Assembly: GCA_037189525.1 (NCBI GenBank)
Contig: JBBCJC010000005.1
Location: forward strand, 768,001 to 832,000
DNA: 64,000 bases
Direction: 5' to 3'
Origin: Gemmatimonadales bacterium
GTDB lineage: Bacteria; Gemmatimonadota; Gemmatimonadetes; Gemmatimonadales; GWC2-71-9
The notes beneath the pieces were generated by a model. It saw only the letters and a list, made by a program, of their open reading frames with translations, was not told the DNA's origin and made no database searches. The translations under genes and the position numbers were made by a program. Of this stretch, positions 1 to 9,569 are shown one piece after another. The stretch's first letter is position 1. Every line of letters begins with the position of its first letter.

Positions 1-983
1 ACGGCCCAGTACCCCGCGGCAAATCCCATCGCTGCGCAGAGGGCGTAGAACTGGCCTAACGTCGTCCCCACCTTGAGGAAGTACGCCGCACAGGCAATCA
101 CGGAAAAGCCGAGGAAGAGGACGATCGCCTTCTTGCGGCTCCGCAGGTACTGACTGAGGAGTCCGCTCGCCAGGTCGCCCACCACCAGACCGGAATAGGC
201 CCAGAGCACGGCGCGCCCCGCACTGGGAGCGAAATCGAGCCCGAGCGCCCGGGCAAACTCGGGCGAGAAGGTCACCGGAATGGCGATGATGTACCAGATC
301 GGAATGGCCACCACGATGACCGCCAGGTACCGGATCACGCGGGAGCGATCACGGAAGAGCGCAAAGAAGTTCCCGCGCGAGACCGCGGCGGCCGACTTGA
401 CCGTCTGGAACATCCGACTCTCGCGGACGCTGATCCGGAGGACCAGCAGGGCCAGACCCATCACGCCACCCACGATATACGCGGTCCGCCAGTCGAAGGT
501 CTCGGCCACCAGCTCCGCAGCAACCGCGCCGAGGATCCCGATCGAGGCAACCAGCGTGGTGCCGTAGCCGCGCTTTTCCTTCTGCATCAGCTCGGACACC
601 AGCGTGATCCCGGCGCCGAGTTCGCCGGCCAGGCCGATCCCGGCGACGAACCGGAGCGCGCCGTACATTTCGACCGACTGGACGAACGCGTTGGCCACGT
701 TGGCCACCGAATACATCAGGATCGAGCCAAACAGGACCGAGAGACGGCCTTTCCGGTCGCCCAGGACGCCCCAGATCACGCCGCCCAGGAGCATGCCGAA
801 CATCTGGAGGTTGAGCAGCATGACGCCGACGTCCAGCAACTCGGCTTCGGGCACCCCGATCGAGGTCAGGCTGCGGACCCGTACGACGCTGAACAGGATC
901 AGGTCGTAGATATCGACGAAGTATCCGAGTGCGGCGACCAGGATGGCGAGGTTGACGGCACGCTTATCTAAATGATCGGACAT
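1..983 (-). CDS. MFS transporter (3' end runs off the window)
   Basis: Manual translation from ATG at 983: MSDHLDKRAVNLAILVAALGYFVDIYDLILFS...GVLGDRKGRLSVL (MFS motif A)...RFVAGIGLAGELGAG; many TM segments. Absent from ORF track because it is truncated. Confidence 0.9.
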   Translation of the reverse strand, partial: MSDHLDKRAVNLAILVAALGYFVDIYDLILFSVVRVRSLTSIGVPEAELLDVGVMLLNLQMFGMLLGGVIWGVLGDRKGRLSVLFGSILMYSVANVANAFVQSVEMYGALRFVAGIGLAGELGAGITLVSELMQKEKRGYGTTLVASIGILGAVAAELVAETFDWRTAYIVGGVMGLALLVLRISVRESRMFQTVKSAAAVSRGNFFALFRDRSRVIRYLAVIVVAIPIWYIIAIPVTFSPEFARALGLDFAPSAGRAVLWAYSGLVVGDLASGLLSQYLRSRKKAIVLFLGFSVIACAAYFLKVGTTLGQFYALCAAMGFAAGYWA

Positions 984-1182
984 GTGGGCCAACGTTGGAG
1001 ATGGTTGGAACACGGGTCGCCGAACAGACGCCCGAACGAGTCTTCACACGCATCCACCAGGGGTCACGAAACCTGGCCACCTGACGGAACCGACGAACGC
1101 GTCTAGCTTGATTTGGGGATTGAACGCCAAAGCCGAACCCAAGGCTATACTCTCGACCGGCATCCGTAAAGGCAGACGCCCG

Positions 1183-1926
1183 ATGACGACCGCCCGCTCC
1201 TATCAGACCGACCGCGTCAACCTCGCCGCCGCCTTCCGCTCCGCAGAGCGTTTGGGGCTGCACGAAGGGATCGACAACCACTTCAGTTACGCGGTGGAAC
1301 CGGACGGCCATCGGTTCCTGGTCAATCCGATCGGGCTGCATTGGCGTGAATTGCGCGCGAGCGATCTGGTGCTGGCCACATCCGACCGGACCATCCTCGA
1401 AGGCGACCTCCCGGTCGAGGATACCGCATTCTTCATTCACTCCCGCCTCCACCTCAAGCACCCGCGGGCCCGCGCCGTGCTCCACACCCACATGCCGTAC
1501 GCCACCGCGCTGACGCTGCTGGAGGAGGGCCGGGTGGAACTGGTATCCCAGAATGCGCTGCAGTTTGCCGGCCGGATTGCCTACCTCGACGACTACGAGG
1601 GTTTCGCCCTCGATCACTCCGAGGGTGACCGCATGGCGGAAGCGATGGGCGACAAGAGCGTGCTCTTCCTGGGCCATCATGGCGTGATCGTCACCGGCCC
1701 GAGTGTTCACGCCGCCTGGAACGATCTCTACTTCCTGGAGCGCGCCTGCATGGTTCAGGTCCTGGCCATGTCGACCGGACGGCCGCTCCGCCCGATTCCC
1801 CAACGGGTGATCGACGGCCTGGTCGAAGCGATGAACTCCAACACCGATGCCCTCGATCAGCCGCGCAAGCACTTCGAGGCGCTCAAGCGGTTGCTCGACC
1901 GGGAAGCTCCCGACTATCGCTCCTGA
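1183..1926 (+). CDS. Class II aldolase/adducin family protein
   Basis: EGIDNHFS, FFIHSRLH, VLHTHMPYA and LGHHG Zn-binding motifs; start moved to ATG 1183. Confidence 0.9.
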   Translation: MTTARSYQTDRVNLAAAFRSAERLGLHEGIDNHFSYAVEPDGHRFLVNPIGLHWRELRASDLVLATSDRTILEGDLPVEDTAFFIHSRLHLKHPRARAVLHTHMPYATALTLLEEGRVELVSQNALQFAGRIAYLDDYEGFALDHSEGDRMAEAMGDKSVLFLGHHGVIVTGPSVHAAWNDLYFLERACMVQVLAMSTGRPLRPIPQRVIDGLVEAMNSNTDALDQPRKHFEALKRLLDREAPDYRS

Positions 1927-1929
1927 GCG

Positions 1930-3390
1930 TCAGAACCGGCCAACCAGACCGCGCGTCGCGGCAATCAGCTTGGCCGAGTCATAGGCAATCCCGTCGCGAA
2001 AGACGAAGACGGGATTGCCCATGTCGCCGATCCGATCCGCAGGATTGCCGCGAACCACGACCGCATCCGCCTGTTTACCGACTTCCAGCGTGCCGACCTG
2101 ACCGTCGATGCCCAGGATCCGGGCGCCATTTCGCGTCCCGATCGTCAGCGCCTCGATCGGGCTGAACCCCGCCTCCACCAATAACTCGAGCTGCCGCACG
2201 TTACCGTATCCGGCAATCGTCCCCCCATATCCCGTCGGATCGCTGCCCGCGCCGAGCGTCCCGCCTGCCCGGACAAAGGCGCGCTCCCACGCCAGCGCGG
2301 TCCGAAAGGCATCCGCGAAACGCGAGGCAGTATCGCGGGCAAACCGTTGTTGAATGAAGAGGTAGTCGTCGCGCAGTTCGGGACTGAGCGCCTCCAGCGC
2401 CCCGCTGGGCACCATTCGTCCCGGCACCATGGTTTCCCAGATGGGCAACGTCGACGTCATCGGAATCTCGCGGTCCACCAGGTTCCGAATCCCGGCCTGC
2501 ACCGCCGGCTTGGCGAGATCGAGCGTGGCAGCCGTCTCGTAGACCCGGTTTTCGCCGGGGCACAGATCGAGCTTCTTCTCCGGCACGAACTCCGTATTGG
2601 TCAGCAACCCGTGTTCGAGGCCGTCGATCCCGAGCGCCGCCGCTTCCGAATGGGTCACCGAGCAAAGGTGCGCAGTGACCCGATGGCCGAGCCGATGCGC
2701 TTCATCGATGATGGCGCCGAGATCTTCACGGGTCACGAAGGTGTACGCCTTGAACCAGGTAAACCCTTCGGCCGCCCAATAGCGCACCGCTCGGCGCGCA
2801 GCTTCGGGACTGTCGATGTGATTGAAGTGCGGAATCGGATATCCGGGGCGATCGAAGAACGGGCTGGTGAGATGGATCGACGGTCCGGCCTCCTGGCCCC
2901 GATCGATCGCGTGCTTGGCGTTGAGGTCGACATACGGCGCCGTGGTCCCCGCAGTGCGCAAGGTGGTGACCCCGAATGCCAGATACAGCTTGGGGAAGCT
3001 GAAGCTCTGCGACACATAGCTGAACAGCCCCGGCTGCCGTCGTCCGGTCGGATAGAACAGATGCTCGTGCAGCATGACCAGGCCCGGCACCACGGTATGA
3101 CCAGGCAGGTCGAGCACCGTGGCCTGCGGAGGAATCGCCACTCCGGTTCCGAGTGCCGTGATGCGGCCGTCGGTGAAGACGACGGTCTGCCGTTCGCGCG
3201 GCGCGGCGCCCGTGCCGTCGATCACCCGAACGTTGGTGAGCGCGATGACCGGGGCATCGTGCGCCACGTACTGACGGGCCAACCCCGCCATCGATGCCGC
3301 GCGCTGGGCCGTTCCGAGCGCGGGCCACCCGAGCACGGCAAGGACGGTAAACATCAAGCCGCGAGACCGCGGCGAGAGCGATCGCATCAT
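1930..3390 (-). CDS. Exported metal-dependent amidohydrolase
   Basis: Signal peptide; PGLVMLHEH (HxH), AH, EHG, GSD and GTLEVGKQADAVV motifs. Confidence 0.9.
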   Translation of the reverse strand: MMRSLSPRSRGLMFTVLAVLGWPALGTAQRAASMAGLARQYVAHDAPVIALTNVRVIDGTGAAPRERQTVVFTDGRITALGTGVAIPPQATVLDLPGHTVVPGLVMLHEHLFYPTGRRQPGLFSYVSQSFSFPKLYLAFGVTTLRTAGTTAPYVDLNAKHAIDRGQEAGPSIHLTSPFFDRPGYPIPHFNHIDSPEAARRAVRYWAAEGFTWFKAYTFVTREDLGAIIDEAHRLGHRVTAHLCSVTHSEAAALGIDGLEHGLLTNTEFVPEKKLDLCPGENRVYETAATLDLAKPAVQAGIRNLVDREIPMTSTLPIWETMVPGRMVPSGALEALSPELRDDYLFIQQRFARDTASRFADAFRTALAWERAFVRAGGTLGAGSDPTGYGGTIAGYGNVRQLELLVEAGFSPIEALTIGTRNGARILGIDGQVGTLEVGKQADAVVVRGNPADRIGDMGNPVFVFRDGIAYDSAKLIAATRGLVGRF

Positions 3391-3618
3391 GGATTCCCGA
3401 CATGTGGAGGTGAAACAGCAGCTGCGACTACGATAGTCCCGCTCTCACCCGTTTTCCTGACATCCTGCCCCGACATGGGGCAGCGTTCGATGGTCGAGCC
3501 GTTCGAGCGGATAGTCAAGGAGGCCACGAGCGGCGGGCGACCTTTCGCACTAATTTGATTCCGACGAAATCGACCCGCCCGGCCGCTTCGGCCAGGGCAT
3601 TCCACGTGCGGAGAAAGC

Positions 3619-4854
3619 ATGCGTCATCCCGTTCGCCTGATCTCGTTTGGCATCCTCGCGACGCTCGGCTCGAGTGCCTCGTTCGCCGGCGCCGCCCTCG
3701 CGCAGACCGCGTCATGCACCCCGATCGAGACCCGGCCGACCACGGCGGCGGGACGTCCCGCGGCCCATCCGGGGCAGACCCGGACCTGCGCGGTCACCTC
3801 GCGCACGGCCTTCGACGTCGTGGTGGTGGCGGAGGGACTCGAACATCCCTGGGCGGTCGAGCCGTTGCCCGGCGGCGACCTGCTGGTCACCGAGAAGCCG
3901 GGCCGGATGCGCATCGTTTCGGCCAACGGACGCGTGGGCGACCCGATCGAGGGCGTTCTGCCGGTCGTGTATCGGGTCCAGGGCGGTCTGCTCGACGTCG
4001 CCTTGAGCCCGAGTTTCGAAAACGACCGAACCATCTACTGGAGCTTCACGGAGCCTCGCCCCGACAGCAGCAACACCGGCACCAGCGTCGCACGGGGCGT
4101 GCTCTCGCAGGATCGGCGGCGGCTGGAGCAGGTGAGCGTCATCTTCCGCTCGGAGCCGGGCCACCGGCTCCCGGGTCATTTCGGCTCCCGACTCGTCTTC
4201 GGGCCCGATGGGATGCTGTACGTCACCCTGGGCGAGCGATTCAGCCCCGAAAGCCGCGCACGAGCGCAGCAGGTGGACAATCACTTCGGCAAGATCGTGC
4301 GCATCCGGCCCGACGGCGGGATCCCCGACGACAATCCCTTCGTGAGCCAGGGCGGCGCCGCGCGCGAGGTCTGGAGTTACGGCCACCGCAACGTCCAGGC
4401 GGCGGCGTTCGACGCCGAAGGACGCCTCTGGGAGATCGAACACGGGCCGGCCGGCGGCGACGAGCTCAATCTGGTGCAGAAGGGCAAGAACTACGGCTGG
4501 CCGCATGCCACGTACGGCCAGGACTACTCGGGGAAGCCGTACCCCAATACGACCACGACCCGCGACGGCACCGAGCAACCCGTCTACTACTGGGATCCGG
4601 TCATCGCGCCGTCAGGTGCGCAGTTCTACAGCGGTAGCGCGTTCCCCGAATGGCGCGGCAACCTCTTCATCGGCGGGCTGGCCTCGGCGCGGCTGGTGCG
4701 GGTGGTGCTCGATAACGGCCACGTGGTGGGCGAGGAGCATCTGCTGGTCGACCGGCGGCCCCGCGTCCGCGACGTGCGCCAGGGCCCCGACGGCGCGCTG
4801 TATCTGGTGACTGATCAGCAGAACGGCGAGTTGCTGAAGCTGGTACCCCGATAA
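3619..4854 (+). CDS. PQQ-dependent soluble sugar dehydrogenase (GSDH/YliI-like)
   Basis: Signal peptide; GLEHPWA, QGGLLDV, HFGSRL, YGHRNVQ, EHGPAGGDELN, NYGWP, RVRDVRQGPDG. Confidence 0.92.
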   Translation: MRHPVRLISFGILATLGSSASFAGAALAQTASCTPIETRPTTAAGRPAAHPGQTRTCAVTSRTAFDVVVVAEGLEHPWAVEPLPGGDLLVTEKPGRMRIVSANGRVGDPIEGVLPVVYRVQGGLLDVALSPSFENDRTIYWSFTEPRPDSSNTGTSVARGVLSQDRRRLEQVSVIFRSEPGHRLPGHFGSRLVFGPDGMLYVTLGERFSPESRARAQQVDNHFGKIVRIRPDGGIPDDNPFVSQGGAAREVWSYGHRNVQAAAFDAEGRLWEIEHGPAGGDELNLVQKGKNYGWPHATYGQDYSGKPYPNTTTTRDGTEQPVYYWDPVIAPSGAQFYSGSAFPEWRGNLFIGGLASARLVRVVLDNGHVVGEEHLLVDRRPRVRDVRQGPDGALYLVTDQQNGELLKLVPR

Positions 4855-4866
4855 CCGTACGAAGGC

Positions 4867-5286
4867 TCAGTCGGTCAGATCGACGACGGCGCGCCCCCGG
4901 AGTTTCGGCGAGCCCTCGGCGTTCAGCAGGCGAAGATCGAGGCTGACCCGCCCGGGCACACCATCGACATCCACGGCGCTGACTCGCCCGCTCGCGGTCA
5001 GCGCTTCGCCGGGATAGGTGATCGACACGAACCGCACGGCAACCTCCCGAACCTGACTCTGCGGCGCCCACCCGGTCACGAGCCGCGCGACATACGCCAT
5101 GCCGAGCATCCCATGCATGAACACATCGGGATAGCCGGCCTCGCGGGCAAAATCCTGATCGATGTGAAGCGGGACGAAGTCGCCCGACCCGGCGGCGTAG
5201 AGCCCGATCGTCGTCCGGGAGAGCGGCGGGAGGCTCAACGGCGGCAAGGCCGTTCCCACCTCGACAGATCCGTTCGGCTCAGCCAT
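4867..5286 (-). CDS. MaoC-type hot-dog dehydratase (catalytic subunit)
   Basis: Hydratase motif YAAGSGDFVPLHID...FMHGML. Confidence 0.88.
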   Translation of the reverse strand: MAEPNGSVEVGTALPPLSLPPLSRTTIGLYAAGSGDFVPLHIDQDFAREAGYPDVFMHGMLGMAYVARLVTGWAPQSQVREVAVRFVSITYPGEALTASGRVSAVDVDGVPGRVSLDLRLLNAEGSPKLRGRAVVDLTD

Positions 5287-5725
5287 GGCGCACCACCAGG
5301 GTGCTTTCCGACTCCGCCAGCAGTTCTCCCGTATTGGCTCGCCGGACTTCGAAACCGAACACCACGAAATCGAGGGTCCCGTTCTTTTTGCTATACATGT
5401 CGCGCACCCGGCGCTGGACCCGGACCCGGTCGCCGGCGCAGATCGGCTGATGGGGGACTACCCGTTCCTCCGCGTGGAGCATCCGCCCGACCGGTATGCC
5501 CAGATCGGCCAGATAGCCAAGTCCATTGGGATCGTCCATCAGGAGACAAAAGGGCAAGGTGAGGGGTGCCAGGATGGACCGGAACCCGGCAGCCCGGGCG
5601 GCCGCTTCGTCGACGTAGACCGGCCGGGTTTCACCGATCGCACGCGCCAGGACCCGCAGGCGCCCTTTCTCGATGTCAACTTCCCAGGCGGGCCAGGTCC
5701 GGCCAATGTGTCCGCGGTCGATCAT
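5279..5725 (-). CDS. MaoC-N/FAS1-like dehydratase partner subunit
   Basis: IEKGRLRVLARAIGE...AARAAGFRSILAPLT...MLHAEE pattern; overlaps downstream MaoC gene; start ATG 5725. Confidence 0.85.
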   Translation of the reverse strand: MIDRGHIGRTWPAWEVDIEKGRLRVLARAIGETRPVYVDEAAARAAGFRSILAPLTLPFCLLMDDPNGLGYLADLGIPVGRMLHAEERVVPHQPICAGDRVRVQRRVRDMYSKKNGTLDFVVFGFEVRRANTGELLAESESTLVVRHG

Positions 5726-5861
5726 GCTATCTCCAATGATGGTCCCAACTCGGGTCCGACAGGCAGGAATCCGCCGATCCCGACCCGAACCAAGACTTTG
5801 ACAGTGGCGCGCCAATGCAACATGTCATAAACTTTGTGCAGAATCTGCAGCTGAGGCAGCA

Positions 5862-6278
5862 ATGCGTGGGGCCGACAAACAAACCAGGGACCGTCCGTCG
5901 CTCGTCATCGCGCAGTCGATTTCGCCGGCGTTTCGGGCCGCGATGACCGCCCATCTCAACCGATGGCAGTCGGACTACGGCACCCTGGTCGTGAAGGCCA
6001 TTCGGGCCCGGCCGCGCAGCCGAGAGGATCTTACCCGGAAACTCGACGACCTGCTCCGCCAGCGCGAACGGGTGGGCCAGTTGCTCGACACCTTGTCAGC
6101 CGCCTCGAATCACGTCGAGTGGGAGGCCACCCGCGCGGCCGTCGAGCAGGCGTTCGAAGAGCTCAAAGCCAACACCAAGAAGCTGCGCCGGCAGATCCGC
6201 GCCGCCTCGGTCCGCAAGCCCGGAACTCGGCGCGCCCAGCAGGACAAGCGGATCGAACGCCTGTTCCAGGAGGACTGA
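5862..6278 (+). CDS. Hypothetical coiled-coil protein
   Basis: GAGG upstream of ATG; helical charged sequence (KLDDLLRQRERVGQLLDTL...WEATRAAVEQAFEELK); start could be 5943. Confidence 0.65.
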   Translation: MRGADKQTRDRPSLVIAQSISPAFRAAMTAHLNRWQSDYGTLVVKAIRARPRSREDLTRKLDDLLRQRERVGQLLDTLSAASNHVEWEATRAAVEQAFEELKANTKKLRRQIRAASVRKPGTRRAQQDKRIERLFQED

Positions 6279-6296
6279 GCGCGCTGCTCGGGGGCG

Positions 6297-7349
6297 TCAG
6301 CGAATCCCGTACGCTCCGGCAATGCCTTCCGCGATCCGGTCTGGATTGGCGTTCGCAACATTGGTCAGCACGATCACCGCAAGCCGCTGTTCCGGAAACC
6401 GCATGAACGTCGTCCGGAACCCCGTCAACGAACCGCCGTGGCTGATCCGCGGACGACCCGCCAGCGAGTCCAGACTCCAACCATAGCCGTAGCCATGCCG
6501 GGTCCCGTCGGTCAGCAGCGTCGGTGACCACATCTCCGCTTTCGACGCCGCCGTCAAGACCTGGTTGCCCTCGAGCGCCAGCTCCCACTTGGCCAGGTCC
6601 GCCACCGTCGAAACGAAGGCGCCGCTCGGACGCACCGCGGGGATATCGTCGGCGCGTGACCAGGCATCGTTCCGCCAGACGTAGCCGTCCGCTCGCTGCG
6701 GAATGATCCCGGTGATCGTCGTCACGCCGGTGGCGGTCATCCCGAGCGGTCGGAAAATCCTGGTCTGGAAGAAGTCCTCCCACGACTGGCCCGAGACCCG
6801 GGCAATGATGTCCGCCAACGCGAAATAGCAGGTATTGCAATAGGACCACTTGCTGCCGACCGGAAAGAGGAGATCCCGGCCGTACGCGCCTTTGACGACG
6901 ATCGAATCCGGCTGGGAGCGAAAGGCCTCGAACGCACCTTCGCGCACGACACCGCCGGTGTGGCTCATGAAGTGCGCCAGCGTCAACGGTGCCCAGCTTG
7001 CGGGGGCATCGGGATAGTATTTGGAGACCGGATCGCTCGTCTTGAGCTTGCCCTCTTGCGCCAGCAACATCACCCCGCTGGCAATCAGCTGCTTGCTGAC
7101 AGACGCGATCTTGAAGACGGTGCGATCCGTGACCGGGGTCTGCCACTCGAGATTCGCAATCCCGTACCCCTTCGACAGCACGACCTGTCCGTTCTGCACC
7201 ACCGCCACCGCCACGCCGGGGATATGCTGCTCGCGCATCTGATGCGCGACCACGGAGTCCACCGCCCCACTTCGCTGCGCCGCAACGTCGGCCCCTGACG
7301 TCGCCACCAGAACCGCTGCTGCTACCCACCGGATCGTCAGAACTCGCAT
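6297..7349 (-). CDS. Exported serine hydrolase, beta-lactamase class C/AmpC-like family
   Basis: SVSK (SxxK), YCN (YxN), HGG motifs; signal peptide. Confidence 0.92.
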   Translation of the reverse strand: MRVLTIRWVAAAVLVATSGADVAAQRSGAVDSVVAHQMREQHIPGVAVAVVQNGQVVLSKGYGIANLEWQTPVTDRTVFKIASVSKQLIASGVMLLAQEGKLKTSDPVSKYYPDAPASWAPLTLAHFMSHTGGVVREGAFEAFRSQPDSIVVKGAYGRDLLFPVGSKWSYCNTCYFALADIIARVSGQSWEDFFQTRIFRPLGMTATGVTTITGIIPQRADGYVWRNDAWSRADDIPAVRPSGAFVSTVADLAKWELALEGNQVLTAASKAEMWSPTLLTDGTRHGYGYGWSLDSLAGRPRISHGGSLTGFRTTFMRFPEQRLAVIVLTNVANANPDRIAEGIAGAYGIR

Positions 7350-7469
7350 GGCATCCTCGTTTGGGAGTGCATCGAACCGCATGCTGCTTCAAGTTTAATC
7401 AATGCGCGAGTCGGCCACGAACCCGTTCGAGCCTTGGTCCGATGCGCCGGCAGGCCTACCTTGATCCCG

Positions 7470-8339
7470 ATGTCGCACTCATCTCCACCATCGGCCTCGC
7501 CCGCCCATCCGACCGCAACCGGCCAGCGCGCCCTCGTCATCGGCGGCGCCGGCCGAATGGGCGCCTGGCTGGCCGGCTATCTCGCCCGGCGCGGCCTGTC
7601 GGTCCAGGTGGCCGATCCTGCCGGCGCACCGCCAGGGTTTCGCCACTACACCGACTGGCGGGACACGGCGCTGGACCATGACCTGATTGCCGTCGCGGCG
7701 CCGCTTCGGATCAGCGCTACCATTCTCGACGAACTCCGGGCTCGGCGGCCGACCGGTATCGTCTTCGACGTCGGGTCGCTCAAGTCTCCCCTGCGCCAGG
7801 GACTCACGGCATTGGCTGAGGCCGGGATTGCCACGACGTCGATCCACCCGATGTTCGGCCCGTCGGCAGAGGACCTGACCGGTCGCCATATCATCGTGGT
7901 CGACCTGGGCCATCCGGACGCCACCGCGCGCGTTGCCGGCCTGTTCGACGGCACCGGCGCCCGTCTCGTGCCGATGGCGCTCGATCAGCACGATCGGATG
8001 GTCGCGTATGTCCTGGGCCTTTCGCATGCGCTCAACATCGCGTTCGTCACCGCGCTCGCCGATTGCGGCGAATCGGCCGCCGAACTGATTCGTCTTTCGA
8101 GTACCACATTCGACCGCCAGCTTGCCGTCGCAAGTCCGGTAGTCGAAGAGAATCCGCACCTCTACTTCGAAATCCAGCGGCTCAACGATTTCGGGATGGA
8201 CGCGCTCGATGCGCTACAGACGGCGGTCGACCAGGTCCGCACGGCCGTGCGGGAAGGTGACGAGGCGACGTTCGTACGATTGATGGAGCGCGGGCGGGAA
8301 TATCTGCGGGAAAGGAAACCGGCCGATCGCCCGAACTGA
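7470..8339 (+). CDS. tyrA: Prephenate/arogenate dehydrogenase
   Basis: GGAGRMG NAD-binding, DVGSLK, HPMFGP, HDRMVAYVLGLSH. Confidence 0.88.
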   Translation: MSHSSPPSASPAHPTATGQRALVIGGAGRMGAWLAGYLARRGLSVQVADPAGAPPGFRHYTDWRDTALDHDLIAVAAPLRISATILDELRARRPTGIVFDVGSLKSPLRQGLTALAEAGIATTSIHPMFGPSAEDLTGRHIIVVDLGHPDATARVAGLFDGTGARLVPMALDQHDRMVAYVLGLSHALNIAFVTALADCGESAAELIRLSSTTFDRQLAVASPVVEENPHLYFEIQRLNDFGMDALDALQTAVDQVRTAVREGDEATFVRLMERGREYLRERKPADRPN

Positions 8340-8360
8340 GCGACCGGCCGGCCGTACGCA

Positions 8361-9569
8361 TCACGCGGCAAAGACCGACTGTACCTGCGCAACCATCCAG
8401 TCCAGATCCGATTCCGCAATCACCAGCGGCGGAGTCAGCCGCACCACCAGGTCGTGCGTCTCCTTGCACAGCAAGCCCAACTCGGCCAGACGCTCACAGT
8501 AGGGCCGAGCCGGTACGGTCAACTCGATCCCGATCAGCAGGCCCCGGCCGCGCACCTCGCGAATGTGCGGGTGCTTAATCGACTTGAGCGCAGTCAAGAC
8601 CTTGGCGCCCAACCGCGCCGACCGGCCGGCCAGATCTTCGTCATTCAGAATGGCCATGGCCGTCCGCGCCACGGCGCACCCCAGCGGGTTGCCGCCATAG
8701 GTGCTGCCGTGGCTGCCCGGGTTGAACAGCTCCATCACCTCGTCCCGGCCGATGACGGCGGACACCGGATAAGCCCCGCCGGAGAGCGCCTTCCCCACGA
8801 TCAGGAGGTCCGGCGTGACCCCTTCATAGTCGCACGCCCAGCGCTTGCCGGTCCGGCCGAGCCCGGTCTGAATCTCGTCGGCGATCAAGAGAACATTGCG
8901 CGCACGGCAGAGGTCGGCTGCAGCCCGCAAGTATCCATCGGGCGGAATGTGAATCCCGGACTCACACTGGATCGGCTCGACCAGGAAGCCGCAGGTATCA
9001 TCGTCGATCGCCGCGGCCAGCGCGTCCAGGTCGCCGAACGGAATCTGGACAAAGCCGGGCGTGAACGGCCCGAAGCCGTCGCGATAGGATTCCTCCGACG
9101 AGAAGCCGACGATGGTGGTCGTGCGGCCGTGGAAATTCCCTTCGCAGACGATGATCTTGGCCCGATCCTTCGCAATCCCCTTCCGGCGATAGCCCCAGCG
9201 CCGTGCCGCCTTGATGGCCGTCTCGACCGCTTCGGCGCCGGTATTCATCGGGAGGACTTTGTCGAGCCCCGCCAGCTCCGCAAGCTCCTTGACGAAGAAG
9301 GCGAGCTGATCGTTGCGGAAGGCCCGCGAGGTCAGCGTGACCCGGGCCGCCTGCTCAGTCAGCGTTTCGATCAGGCGCGGATGTCCGTGCCCCAGGTTGA
9401 CGGCCGAGTATGAACTCAGACAGTCGAGGAACCGACGGCCTTCGACGTCATAGACCCAGGCCCCTTCCCCGCGCTCGACGACGATGGGCAGCGGATGATA
9501 GTTGTTGGTGCCGTAGCGCTCCTCGAGCGCGATGTACTCACCGGTTTTCGACGGACTCACTGCGGTCAT
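8361..9569 (-). CDS. rocD: Ornithine--oxo-acid aminotransferase
   Basis: NYHPLP, YSAVNLGHGHP, LTSRAF, MNTGAEAVETAIK, DEIQTGLGRTG, GKALSGG, HGSTYGGNPL; start ATG 9569. Confidence 0.93.
   Translation of the reverse strand: MTAVSPSKTGEYIALEERYGTNNYHPLPIVVERGEGAWVYDVEGRRFLDCLSSYSAVNLGHGHPRLIETLTEQAARVTLTSRAFRNDQLAFFVKELAELAGLDKVLPMNTGAEAVETAIKAARRWGYRRKGIAKDRAKIIVCEGNFHGRTTTIVGFSSEESYRDGFGPFTPGFVQIPFGDLDALAAAIDDDTCGFLVEPIQCESGIHIPPDGYLRAAADLCRARNVLLIADEIQTGLGRTGKRWACDYEGVTPDLLIVGKALSGGAYPVSAVIGRDEVMELFNPGSHGSTYGGNPLGCAVARTAMAILNDEDLAGRSARLGAKVLTALKSIKHPHIREVRGRGLLIGIELTVPARPYCERLAELGLLCKETHDLVVRLTPPLVIAESDLDWMVAQVQSVFAA

Noticed and set aside
984..1182. Possible riboswitch upstream of MFS gene (CCAGG...CCTGG stem)
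   Set aside because: Could not match any riboswitch consensus I know; an Infernal/Rfam scan would be needed.
5805..5819. Sigma-54-like TGGCGCGCCAATGCA (also TGGCAC at 33222)
   Set aside because: GG-to-GC spacing is wrong or the -12 GC is absent.
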